A stretch of DNA of 64,000 nt, taken from Yuukianura sp. NJ FZ-2021. Taxonomy: Eukaryota. The DNA is taken from contig CM102286.1 in the NCBI GenBank assembly GCA_046563655.1, positions 1,488,001 to 1,552,000 of the forward strand, given 5' to 3'. Below are positions 25,849-37,931 of this stretch, piece after piece; within the stretch, counting starts at the first letter, position 1; each line of letters starts with the position of its first letter. The translations under genes and the position numbers were made by a program. Below the pieces are notes generated by a model. The model searched no databases. It saw only the letters and a program-made list of their open reading frames with translations, and was not told where the DNA came from.

Positions 25849-28483
25849 ATGTCATCTCGACCATCGACGTCGAGCTCCAGTTCGAAACACCACAGGAGCA
25901 GCAGTAGCAAAAAGCCAAATGGGACATCCAGGCCCGCTACAAACTCGAATGGCGTACGCTCACCGACGAGTGATGGGGGGACTTCCCTTAAGGTAAACCT
26001 TTGAAAAAGTTCTGTTATGTTTAATATTACTTCAGTAGCGGCTGAGTTGCAGTTTCATTCTACAGTCTGAGGTGGTAGTGGCAATGGCTTGGCTGAGTTG
26101 CAGTCCGAGGTGGAAGTGGTAGTGGCGGTGGTGGTGGGTAGTGAAATTAGGGAATAATTTTACCAGTGATGTTTTATTCAATTACCGAGCGGAGCGAGGC
26201 CAAATAAGTTAGGTTGCGTTTACCTAAAATCCGAAATACCGGCCGAAAGTAAAATTATTCTGTAAGCTAGACGTAATCAGTATTACGAACGTTAAAAAAA
26301 CCTAACAACGCGCCTTTGGCGCGCGAAAATGTAATAATATTTATAGATATATATACCTATAACTAATATACTACTATAAAAATAATTCCGCCACTGCCAC
26401 TACCACTACCACCTCGGAGGACTGTTGAATGAAACTGCATGCAACTCAGCTTCAGCAGCACTTTACTGGCTGACCGCGTTATATTGTTAAACACTGCTTA
26501 ATAATAATTAAGCAGTGCTCTAAGTGTGATTTTTTTTATTGCACTATAACTTTATTAAACTAATGTCGATTTGAAAAAAAATATTTTACAGGCTACGACA
26601 TTACGATTCTTACATGCTCCAGGCTCACACCCTAATAAGGATATAGTCTGCGGTAATTCTAAAACCGAGAAGGAATTAACGTTGAAACTGGCCACTTCGC
26701 CTAATGACACCGTGATTGAGGAACAGGCAACGAACGGCGTCATTACGTTAGTCAGATTCCGAAATCTTTCAAACCCTCCTCCAGCACTGCCACTGCCGAT
26801 GTATGCTCACGTGGCCACGCTTCACGTGAGCTGCGTATTTCCAATACGCTGGATGTTCTCACACTTCAGCGGCATGCCGGAATTAAGAAATGTCGCCTTC
26901 GGAACTGGATGCTTTGCTGAAGACAAGTACGTCTTCAAGGACCAAACCATGCTGAAATTGGAAGCCAGCAGTTCGGTGAAAGATTTGAACATCCGAGTGG
27001 ATGTTTACAAGCATGCGAACTGTTTAGATCCAATTGTGAAACATAGAATTACTACGATCTTCACGTCCGCAGCGACTTGCTGTAAGGAGTTGACTTCCGT
27101 GGACTTCACAATTCCAATGAATACTGAGGAAGCGCTAGCAGAATTCCGCACCAAGCTATCGCAATTCCAAAAGATTGGACTCGAAAGTCGAGATTTGGAC
27201 AGGCATTATATGACGTTCAAAGCGTCTGTCAATCATCACGGACCTGCGCCTTCCTCCAGCAAACGACCTTCTACTTCTAGTGATGAAGGGGTAAGCAAAT
27301 ATTTTTAACCAAATTGAATTGGCCGAGTTTATTTTTTGTTTTAACTGTATTTTTGCACATTTAGGGCATTACTAATGCGGCATTAGGCACTATTTATTCC
27401 CATTTTGCCAATACCAATGCTTCAGTTCTGCTATATTTCAGTAACTAAAACTAAGATTGACTGAATATTTTTTTCAAGGTGGGTCACAAGAAGGCCAAAG
27501 AGGACGACTGTGAAGTTATTTACGTTTCCGATGATGAGCCAGAAGACTTAGAACTCACTCAACAAATTCCTGCTTCAGTTATTTCTCCACCGCCGCCGCC
27601 TCTACAAGCACAAAATGTAGAACAACCCCCGCCTAAAACACAACAAGCAGATCCGCCCCCGTCTACACGACAACTGGCAAATCAACAAACACACGTAAAT
27701 CCGCCACCACAACTCCCAAATCGACCACTACAACATCCAAACCCAACACCGCCGGCTGTACGACAACAGAATGTCGATCCACCCCCCGCTATACGACAAC
27801 AAAATGTCGATCCACCCCCCGCTATACGACAACAAAATGTCGATCCACCCCCCGCTATACGACAACAGAAGGTAGATCCACCCCCGGCAGTTCGACAACA
27901 AAGTGCAGTTGTACCCCCGCCTACTGTACGACCACATTATGCAGGAGACCCACCGGCTGTTCCACCACCACGACGACATACTGAAGATCCACCGCCGTCA
28001 GTTCCACCACCACGACGACATTCAGGGTCTACGCCCTCTTCCCATCAGGTTATCCAACAGAATATCAAACCTATTATGCCGAATACAGCAAAAACTAAGT
28101 TTATCGTTGGTGGACCAATCGTGGAGCAGAGTGGCGTAGACATTACTGTTCCAGTCCGTCCGATGCTGGATCCACGAACACTCCCGCGGGAAGAAAGACG
28201 CACCCGTCAACGTTCTAGTCGGGTTCCGTCTGGTACACCCCGTAGTCCACTCCCTATCTCTATCCCCCAGAGGGAACCGTCGGTCAGGATCAGCAATAGG
28301 GCATGTCCAGCGTCTGGTGGGTCATATTTAAATATTACAATTTATATATTATTGATATTTTAACTCAAACTGTCAAAACTGAATGGCTCGTCATGTTTTT
28401 TAGCAAAGGCAAGGATGGCGCAGGCGATGGCCGCCAAAAGGGAACGTGCTAGTAGCCCGTCACTTTTGGGCGAAAATGATTGA
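25849..28483 (+). CDS. Uncharacterized 586-aa protein: Ser-rich N-terminus, ~230-aa globular (possibly LRR-like) domain, Pro/Gln-rich repeat region; exons 25849-25992, 26592-27290, 27479-28316, 28404-28483
   Basis: Four exons with canonical sites join in frame (1761 nt); probable 5' UTR exon at ~25460-25650. No family recognised. Confidence 0.75.
26040..26450. mobile_element. Intronic non-autonomous inverted-repeat element (MITE/foldback-like)
   Basis: gctgagttgcagtttcattctacagtc..gaggtggtagtggc (from 26041) is inverted relative to ccgccactgccactaccactaccacctcgg..actgttgaatgaaactgcatgcaactcagc (26388-26450); interior has gagcggagcgagg and gcgcctttggcgcgc motifs. Confidence 0.6.
27746..27905 (+). 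repeat. Coding 33-bp tandem repeat (PPPA[IV]RQQ[NK]VD, about 5 units)
   Basis: ccaccccccgctatacgacaacaaaatgtcgat repeated head to tail. Confidence 0.95.
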
Positions 28484-29537
28484 GATGTCAAGCCCAGGAA
28501 AAACTTCTCCGGTCAAGTATTCCAGTTTTATCCAGCACGAGCTTCCATGAAACAAAACGGCCAAGTCAACTTTATTTTTTAGTGTAAATAGTACGGGAGA
28601 GTATCAAATTTGTTTGTATTGTAACACAAACTCATACAGTTCCTTTGCTTCATATTGTATTTTTTCGGGAAGTGTTAGTTAATTTGGCCGTTCCTTGTTT
28701 AAGTTTTCTTTTCTTGTAATATATGTAATATTTTGTAATATAATTTATTTAAAATCTTCGTTTTCTGTCCCCCCAGATGAACTTTTAGCGTAAGTACTAA
28801 GTAGGTCACATGATTTACTTAGATTTATTTTTTACATTGGGGGGCCTTAGTTCGGTTTTCAGCATTTCAACTGTTTTAACTTGGTTACTTACTTTATACA
28901 ATTTTTCCATTTTAGCTTTTAGTTTAAGTTTAACTTAACATTAGTTTTAACTTAGACACGAGTTTTAGGTGTAACTGGGTTGAACCGGGCAGCATCTTGA
29001 ATTGTTAATGTGATCAGTGATAAGTGAGGCTCAAACGGTGAAGAATGTACGTCCTGGTCTCAACCAAATTAATTTAAAATGTGCAATCTAACATGAACAT
29101 GTTGTTAAACAGTGCCTTTTGCTAAGCAAGTACTCAAATGCAAGTCAATTGATTTATGAAAGTGATGCTGTCTAATAGTTAGAATAGTAAGTACAAACAA
29201 CAAAAATGTGTTCTATATATTGGGGAATTTGTGGGAATTAAAGTTCAAACTTATTTTGTTTTGCATAACCTAATCTAACTTTTGAGAGAGTTTTTCGTTA
29301 ATCACGATGTAGTTACGTGTATTGGAGGGAATGATGATTTCATTTTTTTTTCTGGGTTTGACGTACCGTTAGATTCTAATTTTCGTTTTTGCATAGCTTA
29401 CAGTTAGTTTAATTGCCGATTTTAAGTTAAAGTTGACTAACGGTAAACAACTTTGGTTCGGTTTGGAAATAGTTTGAACGGTAAGAATTCTCAGTTATTC
29501 TTGTTTTGGCTACTGCCAAGCATCCAGTTTTTACAAA

Positions 29538-32118
29538 ATGAATCTAGGACTAATAGTTCTCATTTTTTGTGTCACAGGTTCGATTACATTTGCAACAACT
29601 TTGTCCAATCAGCACTACGAAGTTAATCAGCGGAAGTCTAAGGAATTTGACTTTTTAGGATGGCTTTTTGGCGGAAGAAGTCAAAACAGCACAAATTCTA
29701 CTGCTCTTGCTCCTGGAAGCGCCGCTGAAGGTTCACTTCAACTTCAGCCCAGTTCAAACACGACGAAAAATGAAACCAAAACGAATGTTGACAAAATCAG
29801 CGTCATTTTTAGCACTGGTGGTGCCACTAGGAACCGAACAAGAAAATCAGTCAGCGATTCTAGACAAGGAAAGCAAATGTTTCCAGGTCCGTACTTTCAA
29901 TATCCAATTCTCCCGCCTTATTATGCTTGGACTCTTCATCCTAACTTTATGGCAAACTTAAACCCGATTTCAAAGCGAATTCAAAAGCAGAAGGCGCCCA
30001 TTTATAACATTTATACAGATGAGGACGACCAGGGAATATTTGAACCTGAACGTTATCCAGACGATATCGAAAAGCCAAATAAATTTGAGGATCCGATGGA
30101 CGAAAATTTTCCGGCTGACGAAGACTCCGATGAACTTGAACATGGCAGGATCGTCGCAGTTAACTTGGGCAAAGGTGAGTACTTACTTAAACAATATTTA
30201 TAAAAACTTTTGTATGAAAAGTTATTTTCGTAACTTTTTTAGATCATACTGCCCGACGTGGTACTGGCGCCAGTAATGAAGATTTTGACACCAGTCGAGA
30301 GCAACTGTCATTCGAAGACTACGAATCCAAAGAAAATGACGTACAAGGCAGGAAGTCCACAAAGCGCAAACGCGATTTGTCCAAAACCCATGTCCAGCAC
30401 GACTTCACTGGAAACTGCCCATCTCCAGGAGGATGTCACTTTGACCAACGAAGGCCACTTTTGCGCGGGAAATTTGAACCTTCCCGGAATGACCAATCAC
30501 AGCACGAAGCAACTCACCATTTACCTTCAAAGTTAAACAATAATCAAACTACTGCCGTACCAGAGACACAGCTGAGTGAATCTCCTGCACCGTTGGCCAA
30601 CTCCTGGTCAACTACAGAATTTCCTATACTTATCGCTAGTATGGTTTCCCGACTGAATGGAACTGGTGACATGACAGGCACAACCAATGTCCCAGTTGGC
30701 AGTTCAAATGAAAATGACATTGGGCAACATCAAACCACCACCGAAATTAATGTGTCCAGCTCAGTTGCTTCTTCGTTTACACCGTCGCAGTCTCCCGATT
30801 CTACCGAATCTAGTATCAACTCCACCGAATCCATTATCAATTCTACCGAATCCAGTATCAACTCTACCGAATCCAGTATCAACTCTACCGCATCCAGTAT
30901 CAATTCTACCGAATCCAGTGTTAACACTACCGTGAATTGTCAAAACTCAACGACTTCCGCCCATGACGCAAATATCACCGAAGCGGCTACTCCTGAAGCT
31001 GCTCGTCCCACGATCAGCGCCGTCCTTGATTGTCGTAAGTTAATACAGCTCAAGTTTGAGTTATCACAGAGGTGCTGATTAATTAAGTTCGCTAACTAAT
31101 TCTTTTGGTAAATGTTCTAGAATGTGGAGTTCAAACTGTGGCGGGAGAGAGGGTGGGTTCAGCCTTTATCCGAGTAATGACAAGTCCATGGATCGTAGAA
31201 GTCATGTCAAAGAGTAAACACCTTTGTGCAGGATCACTGATCAACGACCGATACATTCTGACAGTCGCCAGTTGTATTGACATGTTCGAGAAAAAGAGTT
31301 TGAGGATAATCACAGGCCTGCAGTCTCGCCGTCCCCAAGTGTTTACTGTTACGAAAGTCTCTATTCACCCCAAATACGATCCATCAACGTTCGAGAACAA
31401 CATTGCTCTGCTCAGACTCTCCGAATCCAAGAAATCTACGAGACATATCCGTCCCATTTGTCTACCACTACAAGAACTAGGTTATGCCAGACATACTGCT
31501 CATCTGGTGACATGGCTCCAAGCCAAGTCACATGCCCATGGCCATCACAATGAAGTTAAGTTCAACGCAAGGCGACATCTACAACTAATACAAACGGAAG
31601 TGGAACTACTCAACTCCACGACATGCCAAACCATGGTCACTGATGCTGTCGACGGAGCAATAATTTCCAATGGAACTTTGTGTACACATCCACCACCTCA
31701 GAAGAAATGCGGTGTAAAATTTTCAAAAACTTTACTAAAAAAATTTTCTCTTTCGAAAACGTAACCTAAACGTTATTAAATCAATTTACCCTAGGGCGAC
31801 ATTGGCGGACTACTGCAAGCATATGCAACCAGATTTTCTTATGAACAAATCGGCGTCGTCAGCATGACCGTGGGATGCAGAACGAACAGCCTTCCTGGAA
31901 TCTATACCGGTAAATTTAAAATTTCGAAAATTTCATGTCCACGCAAAAGTTCTCTCGAAAACTGCGAAAATTCAAAATGTTTTTCAAAATTATTCTCATA
32001 TTTTTCTTTGTATGTCCTATTAGATATCAGACACTACCTACGTTGGATTCTGTTTCAAACCCAAGATGCTCATTATTGTCGCGAACCAAATGGAGGCAGT
32101 TTTTCAGAAAATCACTAA
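29538..32118 (+). CDS. Secreted non-catalytic trypsin-family serine-protease homolog with long acidic and Ser/Thr-rich pro-region, 743 aa; exons 29538-30174, 30243-31034, 31121-31713, 31795-31909, 32024-32118
   Basis: Signal peptide MNLGLIVLIFCVTGSITFA; S1 motifs PWIV, HLCAGSLINDRYILTVASC, ENNIALLRL, IRPICLP, GDIGG, QIGVVS, PGIYTDIRHYLRWI. His, Asp and Ser of the triad are all replaced. Confidence 0.9.
30799..30925 (+). repeat. Coding 21-bp tandem repeat (STESSIN, about 5-6 units) creating repeated N-S-T sequons
   Basis: tctaccgaatccagtatcaac repeated with few substitutions. Confidence 0.95.
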
Positions 32119-32632
32119 CCTTTTGCATAGATTTTCATAAATTTTGAAAACGAATTTACTGTTTTTGTTTGGTTTTTTTTTGTGTCTTTAAGGGAATTGA
32201 AAATGGCCGATGTAAATTTCAAATTGAGTACCTTTGATTTGTATTGTACTATTAACATAGTTAATTGCATAGAGGTTTGACATGTATGAATTTGAAAGTA
32301 TTGAGGTTAAAACTAGGTTGGGTTCTACGCAGCGATCTTTTGCGTTATTAAATTTTCTATGTTGACTTACAGGGATTGCAAGTTGAACTTATTTAAAGTA
32401 GCGGTTTTTGATTTCTCCGTTTAAGCCGATCCCTGTGGTGCATTTTTTTTTGACTGATTGGTTCTGTGGTTTTAATTTTTATATAACTTCAATTGCGTTG
32501 AACCGTAAACTACTGATAACTTTTTAACTTACGGTTTAGAAAACCAAGAACTTTTTACTCTTGGATTACACTTCTAAGAATAGTTGAGCACATGAACATA
32601 TTGTGAGGATTTGATCAAATAGTTTGACTAAA

Positions 32633-35600
32633 ATGCCTTACAGAGAGCCAACAACGCAACGAGTGGTGTACTTGGTAAAAATTTTTTCCAAAATCTTTAA
32701 TTTTTTTTTCAAGCGTTTGTTTTAAAAAAGTTTTGTCCAATTTTTGTAAGCTTGGAGAGAGCGGAAGTGGATTTAAACCGAGATGCTTGAGCGGACCCAA
32801 AGACATCAACAAAGTCAAGGAAACATGCAAGAAACAGAAACTGATGTTTGAAGATGAAGAATTTCCAGCCAATGAGGAGTCGATTGGCACCAAAGATGCT
32901 GCCGAGTACACTTGGAAACGCCCATTTGTAGCCCTTTTTTTAAATTTTATTTCTGAAATTCTCAATTTCTCAAAATCCGAGTGAAATCTCGTTTTCATGT
33001 ATTTGATTTTCAGGAAATTGTTCCTAAAGGCAAAGCTCCTGAATTTATAGTCGATGGGGCTAAAAGATTTGACGTACGACAAGGAAACATTGGTAAAGAA
33101 ACAAAAAAAAAATCATTTTTAAAAAAAAGTTAACATTTTTGATGAAAAAGTTGAATTTCGATTTTTAAGGAAATTGTTGGCTTCTGGCTGCAATTGCTGA
33201 CTTGACTTTAAACGAAGATGTCTTGGATTTTATTTTGACAAAAGACAACAGTTTTACTAAAAAGTACTGCGGAGCGTTTCACTTCAGGTGACGAACTAGA
33301 AAATGTAGTTTTGAACATTTTATGATTTTGAAAATTTTGAATTTTTGTTTTTGAAGATTCTGGCAGTACGGTAAATGGATTGACGTTTTAATTGACGATC
33401 GATTGCCAGTGTACAAGAAAACTGGAAAGTTGGCTTTCATGCGATCAGATGACGACAATGAATTCTGGGGACCGTTGCTTGAAAAAGCCTTTGCAAAGTA
33501 ACTTTTCCAAAATTTTAACTCAATTTCCGAAATTTCATAAAACTTTTCTTTTTTAGATTGAACGGCTCGTACAGAGCTCTTGAAGGTGGATTTACTTTTC
33601 AAGCTCTGCAGGACTTGACCGGCGGATTTACTGAAATTTTCAAACTGAATTTACCGGAATTAATCAAAATGGATTTGGCAAAAGATGCTTCCAGTGTTTT
33701 CGATTTGATGGTCGTTGCTCAGCAGTACTCTTCGTTCATGGGGTCATCAGTCAAGGTCAGAAATTGAAAAAAAACTTTTTCGAAACTTTTTTCAAAATTT
33801 TCAAATTTTCACAGGCTCATGCCAGCAAGAAAGAGAAAAGGCTGGCCAATGGCTTGGTCGCTGGCCACGCCTACTCCATCACCGACCTCAAGCGGATTCC
33901 CATCAAAGACAAAAGTGGAAACTGCATTGAGCTTTTGCGACTTCGAAATCCATGGGGCAACGCAGTAGAATGGAACGGAGATTTTTCAGACAAGTATAAA
34001 AAAAAGTTTAAAAATTGAAAAACTAAGTTTTTGTTTAAAATTTGATGACAAATTGAATTTTTTTTGTCTTAGTTCTCCCATGTGGGACGAATACTTTGAT
34101 GCGCAAGTGCGACTTGACCTCGGAGTGACCTACCGTGCCGATGGAGAGTTCTGGATGACCATCACTGACTATATTGAGCAATTCGATCGAATCGAAGTGT
34201 GTCATCTTTTCAAATCGGAGACTTTGAAAGATGGTTCGCATATTTCTAGGTTCGGTGACTTCGTTGTTCAAGGGAAAGAGGGGCAATGGTCCATGGGAGC
34301 CACTGCGGGAGGACCACTGCTGATTCAAGTTGTAACGGCCGAAGGATCGCCAGGTTAACTAACCTATGACCTTTGACCTTTGACCTCTGACCCGTGACCT
34401 TTGACCTTTGACCTTTCAGTGGGCGAAATCAACCCGTCATACGAAACTAATCCACAGTATCTCCTGACGGTTGATGATGTTGACGAAGATGGGGCGCCTC
34501 AATTGGTTTTTGTGTGTCTGATGAAAAATGACCGGAAAGCAGAGGGACCTTGCGGCATAAAACGATTTGCAATTGATTTGTTCGATGTAAAAAAAATCCA
34601 AATTTTGGAGTTTTAAGTTTATTTTTCAGCTATTTTTTGGAAATTTTTTTTAGATTACAAATCTAGATCCAAAGAAAGTCCCGGTTCCGCTGAACACGGA
34701 ATTTTTTGAAGAAGAAGAGAACGATCCGATTGAAAAATTTACTCCGCCAGGCGGCGCCCGAGAAGTGACACTTCGGTATCTGTTGAAACCGGGAAAATAC
34801 GTTATCATCCCGTCAACTGACGAACCAAACTCTTGTGGAACTTTTTTGTTACGAGTTGTCACGCGACCTGAAAATAAGTTCACGTAAGTCTTTCATTTTT
34901 GAAATCTTAGGGTTTTATATTTTGAAAAACAAAAAACTCAGGTTTTTAGATTTCTCAAAAACTTTTTGTTTCAGTGTCTTTGACAAGAGTTTGCAGTATG
35001 CCGAAGCGGACGTGAGTTTTGTCAATTTAAAATTTTTCGTCAAATTTGAGAAAATTTTGTAAATCATTTTGAGAATTTGATTGAAAATTTTTAATTTTTG
35101 TAGACTGATGTCAAAGAATCGACGGAGCAACAAATTGCTGAAATGAAGGAGTACCAAGCATTCTTTGCTGAAATTGCTGACGAGGACCAACAAGTTGACT
35201 GGTGGGAGCTGAAAATGTTGCTGGACAAAACTTTTCACAAAGGTTAAATTTCAGTTTTGATTTTTTACTTTTTCGACTTTTCAAAATCGGATTTCGTTAT
35301 TTCAGAATTTCGCTACGAGGCGTTTGGTTTTTGCGAAGATGAGTGTCGCTCTCTGGTGGCAGTGTACGATTCAGATTTGTCTGGAAGACTAGATTTTTAT
35401 GAGTTCATGAATCTTTGGCTCAACATTAAAAAGTGGAAAGTACGAAAACGAAATCTTGAAATTTTAATTAAGTTTAACTTTTTCAAAAATCTTTTGCCTT
35501 TTTAGACAATTTTTGACAAATATGCCAAGAGTCAAGCCGACACTGCTCCGATAATTAAAACCCCGAACCTTGGAATGGCATTTGCAGAAGCCGGGTATTC

Positions 35601-35861
35601 CGTAAGTAAGCAAGTGATGTCCGGAATTATTCTGAGGTACGGAGATCGCAAAGGACATTTGACGCTTGGAAAGTTTTTGGCGGGAGCTCTCAGACTAGAA
35701 TCCACTTTCTGTAAGTTTCAAAAACCAAAAATCAAACACTTTCCTCAGCTGAATGTTTTTTAAAATTTATTTCAGGCATGTTTAAGAAAATGGATATCGA
35801 TTCCCATGGAGAAATTAAAATCAATCTAGAAACCTGGCTGAGCTGCGCCATGTACTGTTAA
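32633..35861 (+). CDS. Classical calpain (arthropod CalpA/B-like): CysPc, C2-like domain III, penta-EF domain; many short introns
   Basis: [32 protein letters not shown] (Cys), [40 protein letters not shown] (His), RLRNPWG (Asn), [33 protein letters not shown], ending WLSCAMYC*. Confidence 0.93.
34367..34415. repeat. (TGACCTT)7-like heptamer array filling most of a 66-nt calpain intron
   Basis: tgacctt tgacctt tgacctc tgacccg tgacctt tgacctt tgacctt followed by the tcag acceptor. Confidence 0.9.
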
Positions 35862-36374
35862 AAGTGAATACTAAAAAAACGATTAAAGTTCACTTATTTG
35901 CACATTTGCAACAAACCTAAACATAATTTCAAAAAATGGAAAAATCTAAAATATCTTTGGTTATGTAAGAACATTTTGGCTAGTGTTGGAACTTTCAAAA
36001 TTTCAATAAAATTTCATTTTTTTTGAAAAGCACTTCCTCTTCATTCTCCTATGAAAATGTGAGTTGGTGGTTTACAAACAGGAGAGGGGGATGAAAAATC
36101 CGTGACAAAAATCACCCCCTGAAATTTCGTGTTTGGCATTTAGGAATAACAAAGGAGAAAAAAACTGGAAGAGGGATGAAAAAACTTAGCTGACGTCGGT
36201 TGAATTTTCAATGTCAAAAAGAATAAAAAAAACGAACGAAAACATCTGCTTTTGTCACACAAAATATAAAGCAAAACTATTTGAATTTTGAGTGTACAAA
36301 CCTAACTTAAACTAACTTTTACATTAACAATTTTAACTAATTGTTACCCAAGTGAAGTAATTGTTAACTTAACA

Positions 36375-37113
36375 ATGTGCAATAGAAATAATAGTCAGAA
36401 CATGTCACTAGTTGGATTTGGTGCCATTTTTGTTACTTTAGGATCCTTGATTTATTTAATCCACATCACACATTCCACACTTGAACAAACTAGAGAACGG
36501 CTAAGTATTTCGGATCAAAAATTACAAGTGACCTCCAAACAACTCGAGTGTAAGTTCAAAAAAAAATCAAAATTTTGGAAAACTGTATTTTTTTATATTT
36601 TTTCATACATTGTAATTGTAAAATTTTGTTTTTTAGCACTTTCAACATATACAACCAGATTGGAACAGGCTTTCATAAACATGAAATCCGAAAAAGCTTC
36701 GATAATCCAAAACGACCAAACAGCTAAACAAGAATTGGATGAAGAACGAAACTTGTGTGCCAAAAAACTTAGACTTTTACAGGTAAAGTTAAAAGTTAAA
36801 ACTTGGCTAATCATCATACACAACCGTCAAGATTTTAACTGAAGCAAGTTGAAACTCGAGATTTTGATTTTAGGCGGATCTGAGGTCATGTCAAGGTCAA
36901 AGGTCAACTGACCTCAATACACAAGATGAAGCATCAAAAATTATAATTCAAAATGCACCAATTGTCGGCGTTCAAGACTACAAGTACTCCGTACGTTCCG
37001 AGGTTTCTGGAGGAGATCAGCTAAAGCGGAATGCAGGACGTGCCGACGGCGTCACTTCGGAAAATGTTAAACAAGATCCCAATGAAGACTTGGCGGGAAA
37101 CGTTCTGATTTGA
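36375..37113 (+). CDS. Small type II membrane coiled-coil protein, GOLIM4/GOLM-like, 186 aa; exons 36375-36549, 36637-36782, 36874-37113
   Basis: Short N-tail MCNRNNSQ, single TM (LVGFGAIFVTLGSLIYLIHI), heptad region KLQVTSKQLESLSTYTTRLEQAF reminiscent of GOLIM4 SLSAQLQVVYEHRSRLEKSL; exons in frame. Confidence 0.6.
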
Positions 37114-37307
37114 AAAGTATTGTTTGAAAACTGTTATTTCTTTGATTTAGCGAGTTGTAAATTGGATTAAGTTAAGCTAAGCTAAGTGCCAAAGCAGTAT
37201 GACGCAGTCGCAGTTGATACTGGACACAAGATGTTTCACACACAAGACGTTTCTTAGAGGTCACGAGTTTTTACTAAAAATAGTTGCTTTCAAAATTTTG
37301 CGATAGT

Positions 37308-37617
37308 AATTTCCCAAGAGCAAATACCAACACGGACCAAGGTGTATACTAATTAAAATTTTAATTATAACGACATTTTTATGAAAACTTTTTTTTTGTT
37401 AAATTTTGTGTATTAAAAGACTCCTTATCCTACAAGTATCAACAGTCTCACGGTCTGATGTGAGTCGTAACCCTCTGGGAAAAATTTTTGAAAATTTTTG
37501 TGGTTTGATGACGAAAAATAGAAAACAAAATTTAAGAATGATTTTCGACTTTGGACTTATGTCAATCTATACAGTCTTAACTTAAGGTTTAAGCATAACA
37601 AAGTCATTGTTGTTTAG
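37308..37617 (+). pseudogene. Decayed duplicate of the last intron and last exon of the downstream asparagine synthetase gene
   Basis: acacggaccaag|gtg...aag|actccttatcctacaagtatcaac...cataacaaagtcattgttgtttag aligns by eye with 40018-40370; contains an in-frame TGA and deletions. Confidence 0.85.
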
Positions 37618-37931
37618 AAACTTGAAACCGCGGTCCCAAACCTTTGCTATGCTTTTTAAAAAAATAAAAATCCCAGAAAAAAACTTTCCTTCATGTTTTC
37701 AGAAAGTTTGTTTTTCAGAAATCTTTATCTGTAAATCTTGACAAAAAAAATCAAAGTTGAAATGTTGCAGAGGCTTGTGGTTCTGTTCTCAGTGAAAAAA
37801 AAATTCTCAAGAAACGAATCACCAGATCATTTCAAAAGAGCTTGCTAGAAATTGCGAGTTTTAGTTGCGCACAGTCCCATCAACATCAAACTTTTATAAA
37901 CTGCTGTTGAAAAATTGAGGAGTTAGAAAAA

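Noticed and set aside
27746..30925. Regular short repeats as a CRISPR-like array
   Set aside because: Units are head to tail without unique spacers, are multiples of 3 and lie within coding exons of a eukaryote.
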